A DNA stretch of 64,000 nt, taken from positions 21,638,001 through 21,702,000 of the forward strand of contig CM022667.1 of assembly GCA_012295275.1 (NCBI GenBank). The letters run 5' to 3'. Shown here in pieces: positions 31,160 through 48,800 of this stretch; position 1 is the stretch's first letter; each line of letters opens with the position of its first letter. Both the position numbers and the translations under genes were made by a program. The stretch comes from Chrysomallon squamiferum. Taxonomy: Eukaryota; Animalia; Mollusca. The notes below the pieces were generated by a model. It made no database searches. It saw only the letters and a program-made list of their open reading frames with translations, and had not been told where the DNA came from.

Positions 31160-32109
31160 TCTTATACGGTACTAAGTGTTTATTATTTATTTATTTATTT
31201 ATTTACAAACAAGTCTCGCTTCGAATTATGTAGAAATTATTTACTGTAGTAATTTTACTTTGTGACGACGCAAAAAGAAGTATGGAGAGCCATTTAATTA
31301 TAAATAGAAGAATGTATTTCAGTAAGCCGCTTCGTTACCGACTAGTTTGTTTTCAAATACATTGTAACGTGATTGTTATTTTCACACCTTTATTGATAAA
31401 TAAATAAATAAATCCAACCAACTTATTGAAATAAGTAATTAAAAACAGAAGGCTAAAAGAACATTTACAGTTCAGAATTCCAGATCATAGGAAACATCCA
31501 CTTTCAAGCTGCAAAAGCCAAACTCGAAAACAATTAAAAACAACAACAACAACAACAAAACATAAAATAAAATAAAAACTCCAACAAAAATAAACAATTA
31601 ACTATCTGTCAAACTAATCAAAAGTTTAATTATTTTAATCATTCATGTCAAGGTCCGAAAATAGTTACAATCGCATGATAAACTGAAAACGTAACATTGC
31701 CATAATCTGTAATTATTTCCACAGGAAAACACATCAATAACGAGTTGTTAAGTATCTTATATGAGTTTTAGATTTGTTTAAATATTTATGAATTTTATTT
31801 ATTTATAAAAAAAAAAAAAAAAAATATGAGTTTCCTTTTTTAAAAAAAACATTTTCATTTATTTTCACATTGAAATTGTTAATAAATAAATAAATAAATA
31901 AATAAATAAATGTTAAAAACAATCATAAATTATAGATATATGTAAATCTAGTAAGTTTTCCAAGAATAATGTAGATTTTCAAGATGAATATAAATATTCG
32001 TTATTGGAGTTTGAAGAACTAGGTTGTGAAGTGAATCCACAAAATACACCAGAAAAACGGATGTGACGTCCATTTAATTGTACTCTTCCGTGAAACAGCG
32101 AAAAATTAA

Positions 32110-34913
<2,804 letters not shown>

Positions 34914-36872
34914 TAATTTAATAATTACTTTATACATCTGGAACTGAATTTTGATTTGGGGAATGAAGTTGGTCTTGCTTTGGGCTTTTCAAAATGGACA
35001 AGGACACGTTCATTGGTTTGGATAAACAAGAAAAATGTGTCATGCAAAATTTAAAAATTAAATAAAATATGAAGGTGCAGATATCTGGTTCAAATTTAAG
35101 AAAAAACCAAGGTTAGGATGTATTAAATAGTTTTGCTGGCTAGTTGACATTACACTAGTATTCATGTAAAATACATTATTATATATTTGTGTAATTAAAA
35201 ATATATCATCATCAACTTTTTATTTTTTTATTTTCTCCAAGATACTTCAGATTTTTTTCATTTGCATTTTACTCATCTTTTTGTGTTCACATTTTATCAT
35301 GAATAAAAAAAAAAGTTTTAAATTTTTTTTTTTTTTGTTCTATATTCATAATTTTAATGAGAAGAACTATTTAAAAATAAAAAGGAACCTCAAACCTATA
35401 TATTATTTGTTGTGTAAATAGCAACTATTTGATTTCTCATGACTGATGTCTAAAAGTGAGTATTAAAAAAAATAATACGACAGTCACTTTATCTCAAAAA
35501 TACATTCAGTTGTAATGGTGATGCTTTCGGTACAATCTGTCCATAATCAAAAAGTTGAAAATTATTTTAAATTACAAACTTTTAGTAATATTATCCTATA
35601 ACACTAGCATTCTTTCATCTGCATAAGCAAACCAGTTTTTTTTTTTAAAAATAATTTTATAGGTTTATATTTTATATTATGTTCAATGCTTTATGTAATT
35701 CAGACTTGCTGCAAAACATTATAAAAAACAAAACAAATGGCTATAATGTGCCAAACAGAGAAAACTACAGGTATCAGTTGTAAACTACTGTAACATACTG
35801 AGTACAGAGTAAGACAAACACTTGACAGTAACATGTAAACAGTAATTAAAAATTATCAAGTTTATGAATTATATACAGATGAATCCTTTGGAGAACCAGC
35901 ATAAACATATGTGATTAAGCAAATATTGAAGACAAATGTTAATATGAAATCTATTTCAAATTCGATTAGATAAAAAAATTTGAGACATAGAAAAACAACA
36001 ATCAAAGCAAGAATCAAATAATTATTTTTACTTTCTTTCAAAATATATGTTCAGTGACATGTTCTGCAATTCTCTCAGTAAAAACACTAAAATGTTATTA
36101 ATTATTTAACACTTCTGAGTCAGACATCTTTGACAATAGTTATATTACAAAACAAGCTCAAGTAAAAAATCGGTTTGAAATTAAGAGAAAAATCTTGCCA
36201 AATAAAGCCATGAACAAAGATCCACTTTGAATTCAGTAAAACGAGGTAAGACATTGTCAAAGCTAACGTGTCACTAGGCAGTCATTTTTACAACACACTT
36301 ATATCCTAAAGAAAACAAATCTAAACCATGAAAAAAAAAAAAAAAAAAAAAAAAAAATTACAGATTTTAAAAACATTTATAATAAGAATTTGCCTGTGTT
36401 TCACATGTATGCAATAGATATTTTTACCAAAATCCATCACAAAAACATTTCCTGATACTTACATAATTTTACTAAATGTAAAACATTATTTTGATATGCT
36501 GTGTGCACAGCTGCAAATGTTAATCTTTCAAATGAAAACAAACCCAGTGTCACAAGCAATTGAATCTAAAAGCAGCAAAGCAAATGTATAGCAATGTACT
36601 AGTTATAACATTACAAAAATCATCATGATAAAATACAACCAGTCAACAATTTTAAGTTATTTAATAATTTTTAAAATGGGGAAAACTGATTTAGGAAAGA
36701 ACTAACATTAAACTAAAAAAAGTGTTAACAGGATCAGTAATTTTTATGCAGCATATGTGATCAAAGTAAAGTCTTTGACTGCAAAGACTGGGCATAACAC
36801 ACTTCAGGATGTTGTCTTTCAGCCATGGTCAACAGCACACAGGCAAATTCATCAATTCAAAACAATAATACT

Positions 36873-38909
36873 TCAAGCTGTTTCTGGGAAGTTGTACAAG
36901 GCTAACCTAAAAATTTCATTGTCAATGAAGAAACTATTCAAAGATTTCAGAATAAAAGTGTGTGAAAATCCCAGGGCTTTGTCCTGTTCATTCTGAAATA
37001 TAATAAATACAAATAAATAAAAAAATAAATAAATCAACAAACAAATAATGCAAAAAAGGAACAGAAATTTCATTGTTAAAAATGAAACATGAAAAAAACA
37101 GCATTATTAAATGTGATATTTGACTGAATTTTTTACTATATTAGATGAAACCCAAAATCATTGCATCATTACTTAGGATTAGTATAACAAAAAATATCCA
37201 CATTAAGATAAATCAATGCAGATTTTATTTCTCACTCAGATGGTAAAATTTCAGGTCTTTACAATATCAGTTTGTATTTAATGCTATATTTTATTTATTA
37301 ACTTATACAAAACTGAAACAGATTTTACACTATTTATTTACACCATCACAGGTTCACTTTACAAGCCAAATTTTAAAATTATTCTCAAAATATGTATCTG
37401 TATATATTTCATAAAATGTGACACCCTTTCCAAACTATTAAAAAGTTTTGACTTTGATTATAACATGACTGATGATTAAATTTAAAATACCTTTAGTTGA
37501 CCTATGACTTGAATTAATACTCCTAGTCCTGGTATCACTTGGCTGTCCACTACAGTCACTGCTCTTTGAATCCGTCCTAAAGGTATAGTCTGTAAAACAA
37601 ATTTTTGGAAAATAGAAATCTTACATGAAAAGTAAAGTATACTCCACTAGATAAGTGTGTGTGTGTGTGTGTGTTATTTACAGACTAGTAACAACAGCAT
37701 TCAAGACATCACTGATTAATTTTAAAAGCTGACTGTCACATTCAGTTGTTGTATTTTACTTACTCCAAGTTTTTCCCTGATTGCCACCTGACCAGTGGTC
37801 TGTGTTCCTTCAAATGTCAACTTTGCATCAGCCTGTTCAGTAATAAACAAGAAATAAACCATATAACAATGAACTGAAAATTATCAAAATATGATTATGA
37901 AAAATGAGGCTATTTCTTACCATTGTTTATTCACTAAATGTACTTTTGCCGTTACATTATGAGTATTAATAGATTCCACAATATCTGAGCAATCAGAACT
38001 GATCTTCATAATATTGGTGTTGATTTTGGATTGTATTTAGGTTTTTTCAGCATTGTTAGGCATAATGCACTGATGTGCATAAATAGTGGATTACATCTTA
38101 CTGCCTAATGCATGCACACTTTGAAATACTTAAATAAATAAAAACAACAACCCAGTAACAAAAATTAAATTACAAATATGACACTATTTCTTCTCTTTAG
38201 GACAAATGTGATCTGCCATTACAAATTATACAATTCTAGTTATTAGTTTTTAAACTTGTTACATTTATTCTTGTTGCTCAGATTTTCAATTGTGGTTACT
38301 AATTTATTGCTGAATTTTTTAATTATTTAAGTTTATTTTTTAGATAATACTAATACTGATTATTTATTTGGTTTTCAATGTAAAATCTTCTCACTTTACT
38401 TAAATTAAAATAAAGTATTTCACTATTTGCGTATTATTATCAAAACATTTTAAGAAAGGTTCAAAATAATTATTTCATTTACGCGAAATGAGAGATAAGT
38501 GATAAATGAAAATAATAATAATCTATAAAGTTTTGTTTCAAATTAATGTTGGCGTAATCTTTAACCTGGAATCAAATATGATTCACTAACAGAACTTAAG
38601 AAATATATAAGCATAAATAAGTATAATCATTAACAATCTGTATAATAATAATTAAAATTAAAATACAAGAATTACATTAAACTGCAAATTAGTATGATTC
38701 TATCTCAATATCTGTACTGTGTGCAAGTAACTGCGTCTGCGAGGATACATTCAATATGAATATCCCAAACTCAAGTCTGAAGTACAGGAACTTACAGTGT
38801 ATAAATCCACTAACTCCGGTCTCGTTGACGGATTATCGAATTTCTGATAATATGCATCAACAAATGCTGTTGCTACAGTTTGACAAAACTGCGATTCGGC
38901 GTCTGCCAT
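36873..38909 (-). CDS. NUTF2: Nuclear transport factor 2, 133 aa
   Basis: Exons 38909-38796, 37832-37764, 37589-37491, 36992-36873 (402 nt). FVDAYYQKFD..RPELVDLY..LTFEG..IREKL..VIGQLK..GFSHTFILK..NEIFRLALYNF; four-exon layout like vertebrate NUTF2. Confidence 0.9.
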
Positions 38910-40061
38910 TACAATTTCTTTTGTTTTTCAATGTTTGTCACCACTTACCACCGGTAAGATCTAACATCAGTAAAAATTGTGACTGGTCTTATTATTCATG
39001 CTACGCTAGTTAGTCTTGTTCATCTGAGTTGTCCTAACAAGATTGGCTTTGCTATACACGAATCGTTGCTTCATTTTCATTCGTAATTTGAAAATACGGA
39101 TGTTAACCAGTCATGGGCAAGCCTAACGTAATCTTTAGAATATCATCATTTACTATATTTATTTGCAAAATAAAGAAATAAATATTAATTCTTATCATAT
39201 AAAAATAGTAATAAAATAAATTAAATAAATTAAATAAAAATAAACAACAGCAACAATAACACACACACAGCGTATAGTTAAAAAAAAAAGGAAACAAAAA
39301 AGACCAAACTTTTCACAATCTGTTAATTCGAGTCATTCGCCTATTATATATATATATATATATGATAAAATTAATATTTATTTCTTTATTTTTCAAATAA
39401 ATACAATGAGATAATATTCTAAAGATTACGTTATTTTGCTTGATTATATGTATATAATACATACAAACATATATATATAAAATCTTTTTATTTTATTTTA
39501 TTTTATTTTATTTTTTTATTTTTTTTTACTTAAAAGTTAATGACCCAAAATCAATTTTATCTTTTTGAATTGATAAATTTATTACAAAATTTCGATTTCT
39601 GTTTTTTGTAATTTCCATAATAACAATGCGAGTGGTTTAATTTAAGGTGATAGTTGCTTCTGTGCTCCTTTGGGTAGCGAATGGTTTATCAAAAGCTGTT
39701 GTTGTTATTAATCTACTACTAATCCTACTACTACTAAAACCACTACTACTACTATGTCTTACTGCTGTTGTTGTTGTTATTACGATTTAACATTACTGTC
39801 AGTAACATCACAATACAAAATTCTATAGGCCTCAAGTTTACTATATAGGAAAATTTGTAAAACGATTTCTTGTTGGGAATTGATAATATAATCAAATGGT
39901 CACTAATTAAATATTGACAGAATGGTCATTCACTAGAAAGCTGAGAAAAACCTTCAAAAAAAAATTCTGTGACAGATTGTCACTAGATTTTGCCAAACAA
40001 AACATATCACTATTGTTTGCCTAAACGAAAACAATCCAAACAAAACAACATTAAAAAAAAA

Positions 40062-40105
40062 ATAATAATAATAATAATAATAATAATCATAATAATAATA
40101 AATAA

Positions 40106-40186
<81 letters not shown>

Positions 40187-40200
40187 AATAAATAAATAAT
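40062..40200. repeat. (AAT)n microsatellite
   Basis: Direct observation; source of poly-Ile ORFs. Confidence 0.95.
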
Positions 40201-40519
40201 ATAAACGAAAAATTTGTACAAAAAACATTAGCAATAAAATTATGAAAACACTGTTTAAAAGATGTAACAGTTAATAAAAATTACAGTATTCTTAAGATAA
40301 AATAGTTACATTCTCCAGTATAATTTTTGCATTTTATCGTAACAAGGAAAGTTCCAAAATTCCAATAAAGGGAGTGGCGCCTTTCTCCAAATGAAAATTA
40401 ATTTCTTCGCAAATTTTAAAAAATTTGTTATCATTATTATTATTACTTTGCCTCATGGAGAGTTATTCAGATAATGAGTAACGGAACTATTTGCCTCACC
40501 ACTTTCTCTACAGCAGCAA

Positions 40520-41164
40520 GTAGGCAAAATTGGGGACCACTGAGCGCCACCCTATAAACTCCTGACTGCGAAATGATAGTAACATCCACATAATTTAGAG
40601 AGCCTTGGAGCAGTCCATCAGCACATCAATTAAAAAGAAGGTTTTTTACTACCTTGAATAATTTTGTGTGTGTGTGTGTGTTGGTGTGTTTGGTTACAAT
40701 TTAATACTGAGGTGACAATACATATTTAATATATCCTGTAAAGGTTTATGATTTTTGTTAGATTTTCTTTTGACTTCTAAATAAAGTTTTAGTTGATCAA
40801 CTATGTGGCTCTCTGGTACACTGGGCTAACAAAGTGAAAGTAGTGTTGGGGACCAATGAACCATTTTCTGAGGGGTCCGATAAGCCACTTTGGGTCCCAT
40901 GGGTTGGTGGCTCATTGGATCCCACTGCATATCAAAGGAATCAATATTATTTGATAGATGATTAATTATTGGTATTATTATCTTCAAGTTAGATTAGAGT
41001 GCTGTATCTGGTATAAAAAGAATGCCTAGAAAGAAAGAAAGGAAGACAGAGGTTTCTTCTCAGCAGAACTAATGAAAAGCACTACTCACTTCATCGGTGA
41101 TTGTACAAATGTAATTCACCTTAGTATGAAATTCATGACAGGAATTATTATTATAATTTTTATT

Positions 41165-41216
<52 letters not shown>

Positions 41217-41449
41217 GTTTTTGTTTTTTGTTTTTTGACCTAAGATTCTAGTTAGTTTCATTGTTTTAGTTCATGGCCATAGGTCCCTTACCCCGGGGCG
41301 CGAGAGCCATCACGGACCCTGTCACATAAGTGTGTCACTTAACGATTTGACGAAGACAAGCTATCAAACCCAATCGCGAGTAATAATGCCTCAACAACTT
41401 AGTCAACAGCTTTGAAAGTTTGGGCTCATCGGTCCCCAGTTTCCCCTAC
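40520..41449. mobile_element. Non-autonomous DNA transposon (TA-flanked, Tc1/mariner/pogo-like termini)
   Basis: GTAGGCAAAATTGGGGACCACTGAGC (40520) versus GCTCATCGGTCCCCAGTTTCCCCTAC (ends 41449); internal copies of the GGGGACCAATGA / GCTCATTGGATCCC motif at ~40847-40923. Confidence 0.6.
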
Positions 41450-41500
41450 GTTTTTATATTTCCCCCATCTATAGTCAGTAAATTATGTCCATCTTAATAT

Positions 41501-41531
<31 letters not shown>

Positions 41532-41762
41532 TAAATATATATATATATATATATACAATAAATAATAGCTACAGAAGTATTAAAATTAATACCAGTAGCC
41601 TGAAACTGTTTGTTACTGTGTATATATAATTTTATGTAACAGAATATCAAGTAATTACTGTTAACGACTTCCTGAAACACTTCTCACATTTATTATTTGG
41701 TTCCCTGACACTTCCTGTCTTAGGATAATCTACAATAACCGTATCAGACATGACAACAACAA

Positions 41763-41795
<33 letters not shown>

Positions 41796-41892
41796 TATTA
41801 TTATTATTATGTGAAGTAGATATGACAAATTTAAACTTTTGGAAGAATGCGAACAAATAGAATTATGACTGTAAGCTGAAAAATAGGTAGCA

Positions 41893-41951
<59 letters not shown>

Positions 41952-42255
41952 GAAATAAAAAGAAAATAACTAAATAAATAATTTTTTAGAAATCAATTAT
42001 GAAAAGTGGATTTACAGCAGATAATGTAGGATGGACATTTCTAAACATTTTATCGACAGTTTTATGGCGTTGAGGGTGGGCCTTTAGAGGTCCTAAACAC
42101 TAAAAAGATTTTAGTGCTCCATGTGTATGCAACTGAAGATATAAACAATAATAAATCATAAAATAAATTTTATTTTTCGAAAGGAAACGAAATTTATAGT
42201 ATGCAGGAAAATAATGTTTATTTTGGGGTACTTCCACCATAATTATATTTGGAAC

Positions 42256-42292
<37 letters not shown>

Positions 42293-44471
42293 GCAAAATG
42301 TTTTTTTTTTTTTTTTTCTTCTTCTTTTCTCAGATCTTTAAAACTAATTTATTTATTTGAATGTATATTATTAATCTCCATTACAATTTTTTATTATTGT
42401 ATATGTGTATATAATTTTTCCCATCTATGGACGCCCTTTTTTGTGGTCCCTCATTCAGCGACACCTTTTGCACAACATTGTTCATAGTAAATCCGGCTAT
42501 GGAAAAATTCAGTTAAGACCAATAAAATAAAGATAAATTAAATTCGTTTCTCATCTTCATGGGTTGATAAGTTGTAGAGTATATTTTATATGCCCCACGC
42601 CACTGAAAGGATCATAAGTATTTTGAACTTTTTAAAACACAGTTGTGGAACACTGGGTGGAACGACAAACTTCCAAATGGACTATCTTTTTTTGAGACTG
42701 GGGCCGCACGAGATTTTATCTCATCATCCTAATACACGTTATTTTACTCATAAAATTTGGCGTGGTATTCAGAAAGCTGGGGGCCGCAGTTTGTCCACGA
42801 CTTGTTTATAACAATGAATAGCTAACAGCTGTAAACGAATACAAACAAATTAGCTCGGTATGGGTCAGGAAACGTTTTGCGTTCCCACAGGTTCAGGTAA
42901 TATCCGATCTCTGACAGGGGTCGGCTCCGGGACAGCAGAGTCAGGACGGTAAACATTTGCTGCAAATTTTTCTGGCTTTTATAACCCATGCAGTTTGCCT
43001 AAATAACTAAATAAATAAATCAGCATTTGTTTCTGTTTTTAATGCATTTGTTTATTCTATTAAAACATTTCTTTCTTTATTTATATAATATACTTCTCTG
43101 ATTAGATGTAATTTAATGGTCAGTGTTTTAGCAAATCAGAAGCTGTTTATAAGGTGTAAACAATCCTGTAGCCTTTCAACCAGGAAGACTTCTCCTATTA
43201 TACCTTGACGCAGCCGTGTTAACAGTATCCATGATCACGCAAAGCCGTGAGTTACTTCCTAACATTTGTGTTATTTAGAAAATAGCGAATCTGCGGTGAA
43301 CTTTTTTGTTGTTGTTGTTGTTATTTAGTTTGTTATTATTATTTTTTTTTTAATTATTATTATGCCTATTCAACTAAAGAATTAAAATTTATCAAATCAA
43401 ATTATTTAAAGCATTTTAATGTAGCTACTCCAACAACAACTACTACTATTACGAAAATTAGTATTATGCGTATTGATTTATTATTTTATTTTATTTATTT
43501 ATTGTATTTTTTCTATTATTAACTTTAAAAAAAAAATTGGTTGTAGATTTGTAATAAACAAATAACTAAATATAGTAAATATAAACGTGACAGTAACTTT
43601 ATCTCGTACACAAAAAGCACAAACTTACTGAAAATGGGTCAGCTCCCCTACATATGGTATGTTATTCTTTTGTTGTTTTTATTATGATTTTCTTTTTCTG
43701 CCTTTTTTCTATTTGTTTGCTTGTTTGTTTAAAGTAGTTGTTTATTTTTAAGTGTATACAATCCTCTGATAAATACTAAAAAATAAAATTAAACGTGGGA
43801 AAATAATGTCAATTCCAAGGAAGTTTTATTATACAAAAGGTATCAATAAACCACTGGACTTATCCATTTCAGGAAGTTCAGGGTTAGAAGTAATTTAATT
43901 GAAAAGAGTACATAGCATGGTTTAGCTTAAGAATCATCTGGTCAAAGGTGCCACTTCCCTCTCCTCTCCACACTTAGCAGTACTGATGTCAGGTCAGTTT
44001 GTATGTATAACTTTGAATTAAGTTTGAACTTAATGTTGTTATGTGGAAAAATAATTCTGTGTTTTAATGTGTGTGATAAAAACTTGAGTGTATTTGTTTT
44101 TATATACTGAAATATTTGAAATTTTAATATTCACAATAGATAGATAGACATAAATACAGTTTAAATATTTATATAAGAATTTTATGACTTTGCTGAAATA
44201 GAAAATGACGTTTTCAAACAATGGATTGTTTACAGGTCTTTGTTGGCCACAATTAGGTCTTGATGATTTAACATATAATATATTATGATCATTTAAAACT
44301 TACCTATGTTCTCACAGACTCTTTTGTGAAAGATAATTTTAAAAATACACAGATCGTACTTGTGAATGCAGTTTTCATTGTTTTTCAGTACATTGTTTTT
44401 ACTTGGTTCATTTATTACTGACTGTGATATAGAGGATTTTGTGAGATAGAATATGTACCACCTCTTCCAAA

Positions 44472-45826
44472 ATGGCTTTTGAGGAAAAACCTAAGAAGAT
44501 TAAAGAGAACATGGCCAAATATGGCTATGTTGATGTTAAAAGTAAAAAGTTGAAAGTAAGTTTATATTATCATGTTAAAATATTATTATTGATAAATTTT
44601 ATTTCCATTCATTCTTTTGACTGATATTAATTTTTCAGTAGTTTGAAACATACTAATCTAAAATAACTTGTTTTGATCATAATGAAGATGTTCGTTAAAA
44701 AAGAAGAGAAAAAATTAAAAACTTGCATAACTGTAGACTTTATTATAGTGGAAATTGTAGAATTAACTTTAAAAATTACTAATAAATTACTACTACTACT
44801 ACTAATAATAATAATAATAGAATTATGAACTAAATGGAAAAAAAACTAACATGTTTCTGTTTAATAATAAATAAATAAATTATTTTGTTATTGTTATTCC
44901 AGATCTTCAAAAAAAGATGGCTAGTGTTGTATCGAAGTATTTCTTCACAGACAGCTTCCATCTTGAAGTACAAAGATGAAGATCATTATAAAAACAACAA
45001 ACACCGTGCTGTGTATTTGGTTAGCACGTTCATGTCAGTTGAACGACTTCCTGAGGAAGAGAAGAAATACACAGTTGTCATTCATCTCAAAGAGGATGAT
45101 GCAGGCCTTACTTCAGTTATATTCTCTTGTTGTTCAGGTAAAATTAATACTCAAATATAAAATGATAAATTTCAATATTGTTATGATTGTTATTATTATT
45201 GTTATTATTATTATTATTATTATCCGAAAAGAAATTTAGTTTTCAAGGAATATGCATCTTTGTACATTCAGAAATCTAAAAATATTTCAGAGTAGTAATT
45301 TACATATATGTCACTGATCTAAAATTATAAACATTAAGCAAATATTATACAGTTTTCATTAGGAATATAAAAAATTCACATTAGTTTTGTAATAATAAGT
45401 AACTGTTTGATCTTTCTTGGCAATTTGATAACATTAAATCATAATATATATATATTTTTTTTTTGTGTATGTTTTGTTATTGTTTTTCATCAAAATAAAA
45501 TGTAGAATGTTTTTATTTTTTTATTTTTTTTATTTTTATTTTAAAAAAAGGTTTTCATTAGAACTGGAGAGTGAGATAAACTGAGTAGTTTGAAGTATAT
45601 TTTCTATTTGGCCAGTTCATTCGCAATATCTATTCTAAAATAACTGTTAAATGATCATATAGTCGCGGTTAACTATATACATTATTCTAATATTTTCTTC
45701 ACATAATATCTTTATTTAAGAAGTTTTATTTTCTTGTCAGATACTGAAGCTGATGACTGGGTGGATAGCATCAGAAAAGAAATGTACTCACTGTCATCCT
45801 CAAATGGTGAGTTGATATTTTAAAAT

Positions 45827-45885
<59 letters not shown>

Positions 45886-48800
45886 GGTCTGTCTCTCACT
45901 CTGTCTCTCAATCACTGAATGTCTCTTTCAGTCTCTGAATCTGTCTCTTCATCTCTGTCTCTGTCTCTCACTCTGTCTTTCTTTCAATCTCCAAATGTCT
46001 CTCTTTCTCTCAATCTCTGAATGACTCTCTTTCTCTCAATCTGTGAATGTCTCTCTTTCTCTCAGTCTCTGAAAGTCTGTCTCTTACTGTCTTTCAATCT
46101 CTCAATGTCTCTTTGTCTCTCACTCTGTCTTTCTCTCAATATCTGAATGTCTCTTCCTCTCAATCTCCTAATGTCTCTTCTCACAATCTCTGAATGTCTT
46201 TCTCTCAATCTCTGAATGTCTCTCTGTCTCTCACTCTCTGAATGTCTCTCTCTTTCTCTCAAGTTCTGAATGTCTCTCTGTCTCAATCTGTCTTTCTCTT
46301 AATATCTGAATGTCTCTCTTTCTCTCAATCTCCTAATGTCTCTTCTCACAATCTCTGAATGTCTTTCTCTCAATCTCTGAATGTCTCTCTGTCTCTCACT
46401 CTCTGAATGTCTCTCTCTTTCTCTCAAGTTCTGAATGTCTCTCTATCTCTCAATCTGTCTTTCTCTTAATATCTGAATGTCTCTCTTTCTCTCAATCTCT
46501 GAATGTTTCTTCTCACAATCTCTGAATGTCTTTCTCTCAATCTCCGAATGTCTCTCTCTCAATCTCTGAATGTCTCTGTCTCTCAATCTCTGAATGTATC
46601 TCTTTCTCTCAGTCTCTGTCTTTCTCTCAATCTCTGAATGTCTTTCTCTCAGTCTCTGAATGCCTCTGTCTCTATTCTCTTTCTCTCAATCTCTGAATGT
46701 CTTTCTCTCAGTCTCTGAATGCCTCTGTCTCTATTCTCTTTCTCTCAGTCTCTGAATGTTTCTGTCTCTACTCTCTTTCTCTCAGTCTCTGAATGTCTTT
46801 CTCTCAATCTCTGAATGTCTCCCTTTCTCTCACTCTCAGAATGTCTTTCTCTCAATCTCTGAATGTCTCTTCTCACAATCTCAGAATGTCTCTCTGTCTC
46901 TCACTCTCAGAATGTCTTTCTCTCAATCTCTGAACGTCACTGTCTCTAACTCTGTCTTTCTATCAATATCTGAATGTCTCTTCTCACAATCTCTGAATGT
47001 CTTTCTCTCAATATCTGAATGTCTCTCTGTCTCTCACTCTCTGAATGTCTTTCTCTCAATCTCTGAATGTCTCTCTCTCTCAAGTTCTGCATGTCTCTCT
47101 GTCACTCTGTTTTTCTCTCAATCTCTGAATGTCTCTCTGTCTCTCACTCTCTGAATGTCTTTCTCTCACTCTCTGAATGTCTTTCAATCTCTGAATGTCT
47201 CTTCTCTCACTCTCTGAATGTCTTTCTCTCAATCTCTGAATGTCTCTTCTCTCAATCTCTGAATGTCTTTCTCTCACTCTCTGAATGTCTTTCTCTCAAT
47301 CTCTGAATGTCTCTTCTCTCACTCTCTGAATGCCTTTCTCTCAATCTCTGAATGTCTCTTCTCTCACTCTGAATGTCTTTCTCTCAATCTCTGAATGTCT
47401 CTCTGTCTCTCTCTCTCTGAATGTCTTTCTCTCACTCTCTGAATGTCTCTCTCAATCTCTGAATGTCTCTTCTCTCACTCTCTGAATGTCTTTCTCTCAA
47501 TCTCTGAATGTCTCTTCTCTCACTCTCTGAATGTCTTTCTCTCAATCTCTGAATGTCTCTCTGTCTCTCACTGTCTTTCTCTCAATATATGAATGTCTCT
47601 TTCTCTCAATCTCTGAATGTCTCTCAATCTCTGACTGTCTTTCACTCTCTCAATCTCTGAATGTCTCTTCTCTCACTCTCTGAATGTCTTTCTCTCAATC
47701 TCTGAATGTCTCTCTGTCTCTCACTGTCTTTCTCTCAATATATGAATGTCTCTTTCTCTCAGTCTCTGAATCTCTGAATGTATTTCTCTCAATCTCTGAA
47801 TGTCTCTCTGTCTTTCTCTCAAGTTCTGAATGTCTGTCTCTTAATATCTGAATGTCTCTTCTCTCACTCTCTAAATGTCTTTCTCTCAATCTCAGAATGT
47901 CTTTCTCTCAATCTCTGAATGTCTTTCTCTCAATCTCTGAATGTCTCTCTGTCTCTCACTGTCTTTCTCTCAATATATGAATGTCTCTTTCTCTCAATCT
48001 CTGAATGTCTTTCTCAATATATGAATGTCTCTTTCTCACAATCTCTGAATGTCTCTCAATCTCTGTCTTTCACTCTCTGAATCTCTCTCTGTCTCTCACT
48101 GTCTTTCTCTCAATATATGAATGTCTCTTTCTCACAATCTCTGAATGTCTTTCTCTCAATATATGAATGTCTCTTTCTCACAATCTCTGAATGTCTCCTC
48201 TCACAATCTCTGAATGTCTTTCTCTCAATATATGAATGTCTCTTTCTCACAATCTCTGAATGTCTCCTCTCACAATCTCTGAATGTCTTTCTCTCAATCT
48301 CTGAATGTCTCTCTGTCTTTCTCTCAAGTTCTGAATGTCTGTCTCTCACTGTCTTTCTCTTAATATCTGAATGTCTCTTTCTGTCTATCTCTGAATGTCT
48401 TTCTCTCAATATCTGAATGTCCGTTTCTCACAATATCTGAATGTCTTTCTCTCAATATCTGAATGTCTCTTTCTCACAATCTCTGAATGTCTCTCTCTCT
48501 TTCTCTCAAGTTCTGCATGTCTCTCTGTCTGTCACTGTTTTTCTCTCAATCTCTGAATGTCTCCCTTTCTCTCAGTCTGTGAATGTCTCTGTCTCTACTC
48601 TCTTTCTCTCAGTCTCTGAATGTCTCTCTTTCACTCAGTCTCTGTCTTTCTCTCAAACTCCAAATGTCTCTCGTTCCCTCATTCTCTGAATCTGTCTCTC
48701 ATTGTCTGTCTCTTTCTCTCAGTCTCTGGCTTTCAATCTCTGAATGTCTCTTTCAGTCTCTGAATCTGTCTCTTCATCTCTGTCTCTTTCTCTCAATCTC

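Noticed and set aside
39990-40234. Poly-Ile ORFs on both strands
   Set aside because: (AAT)n repeat.
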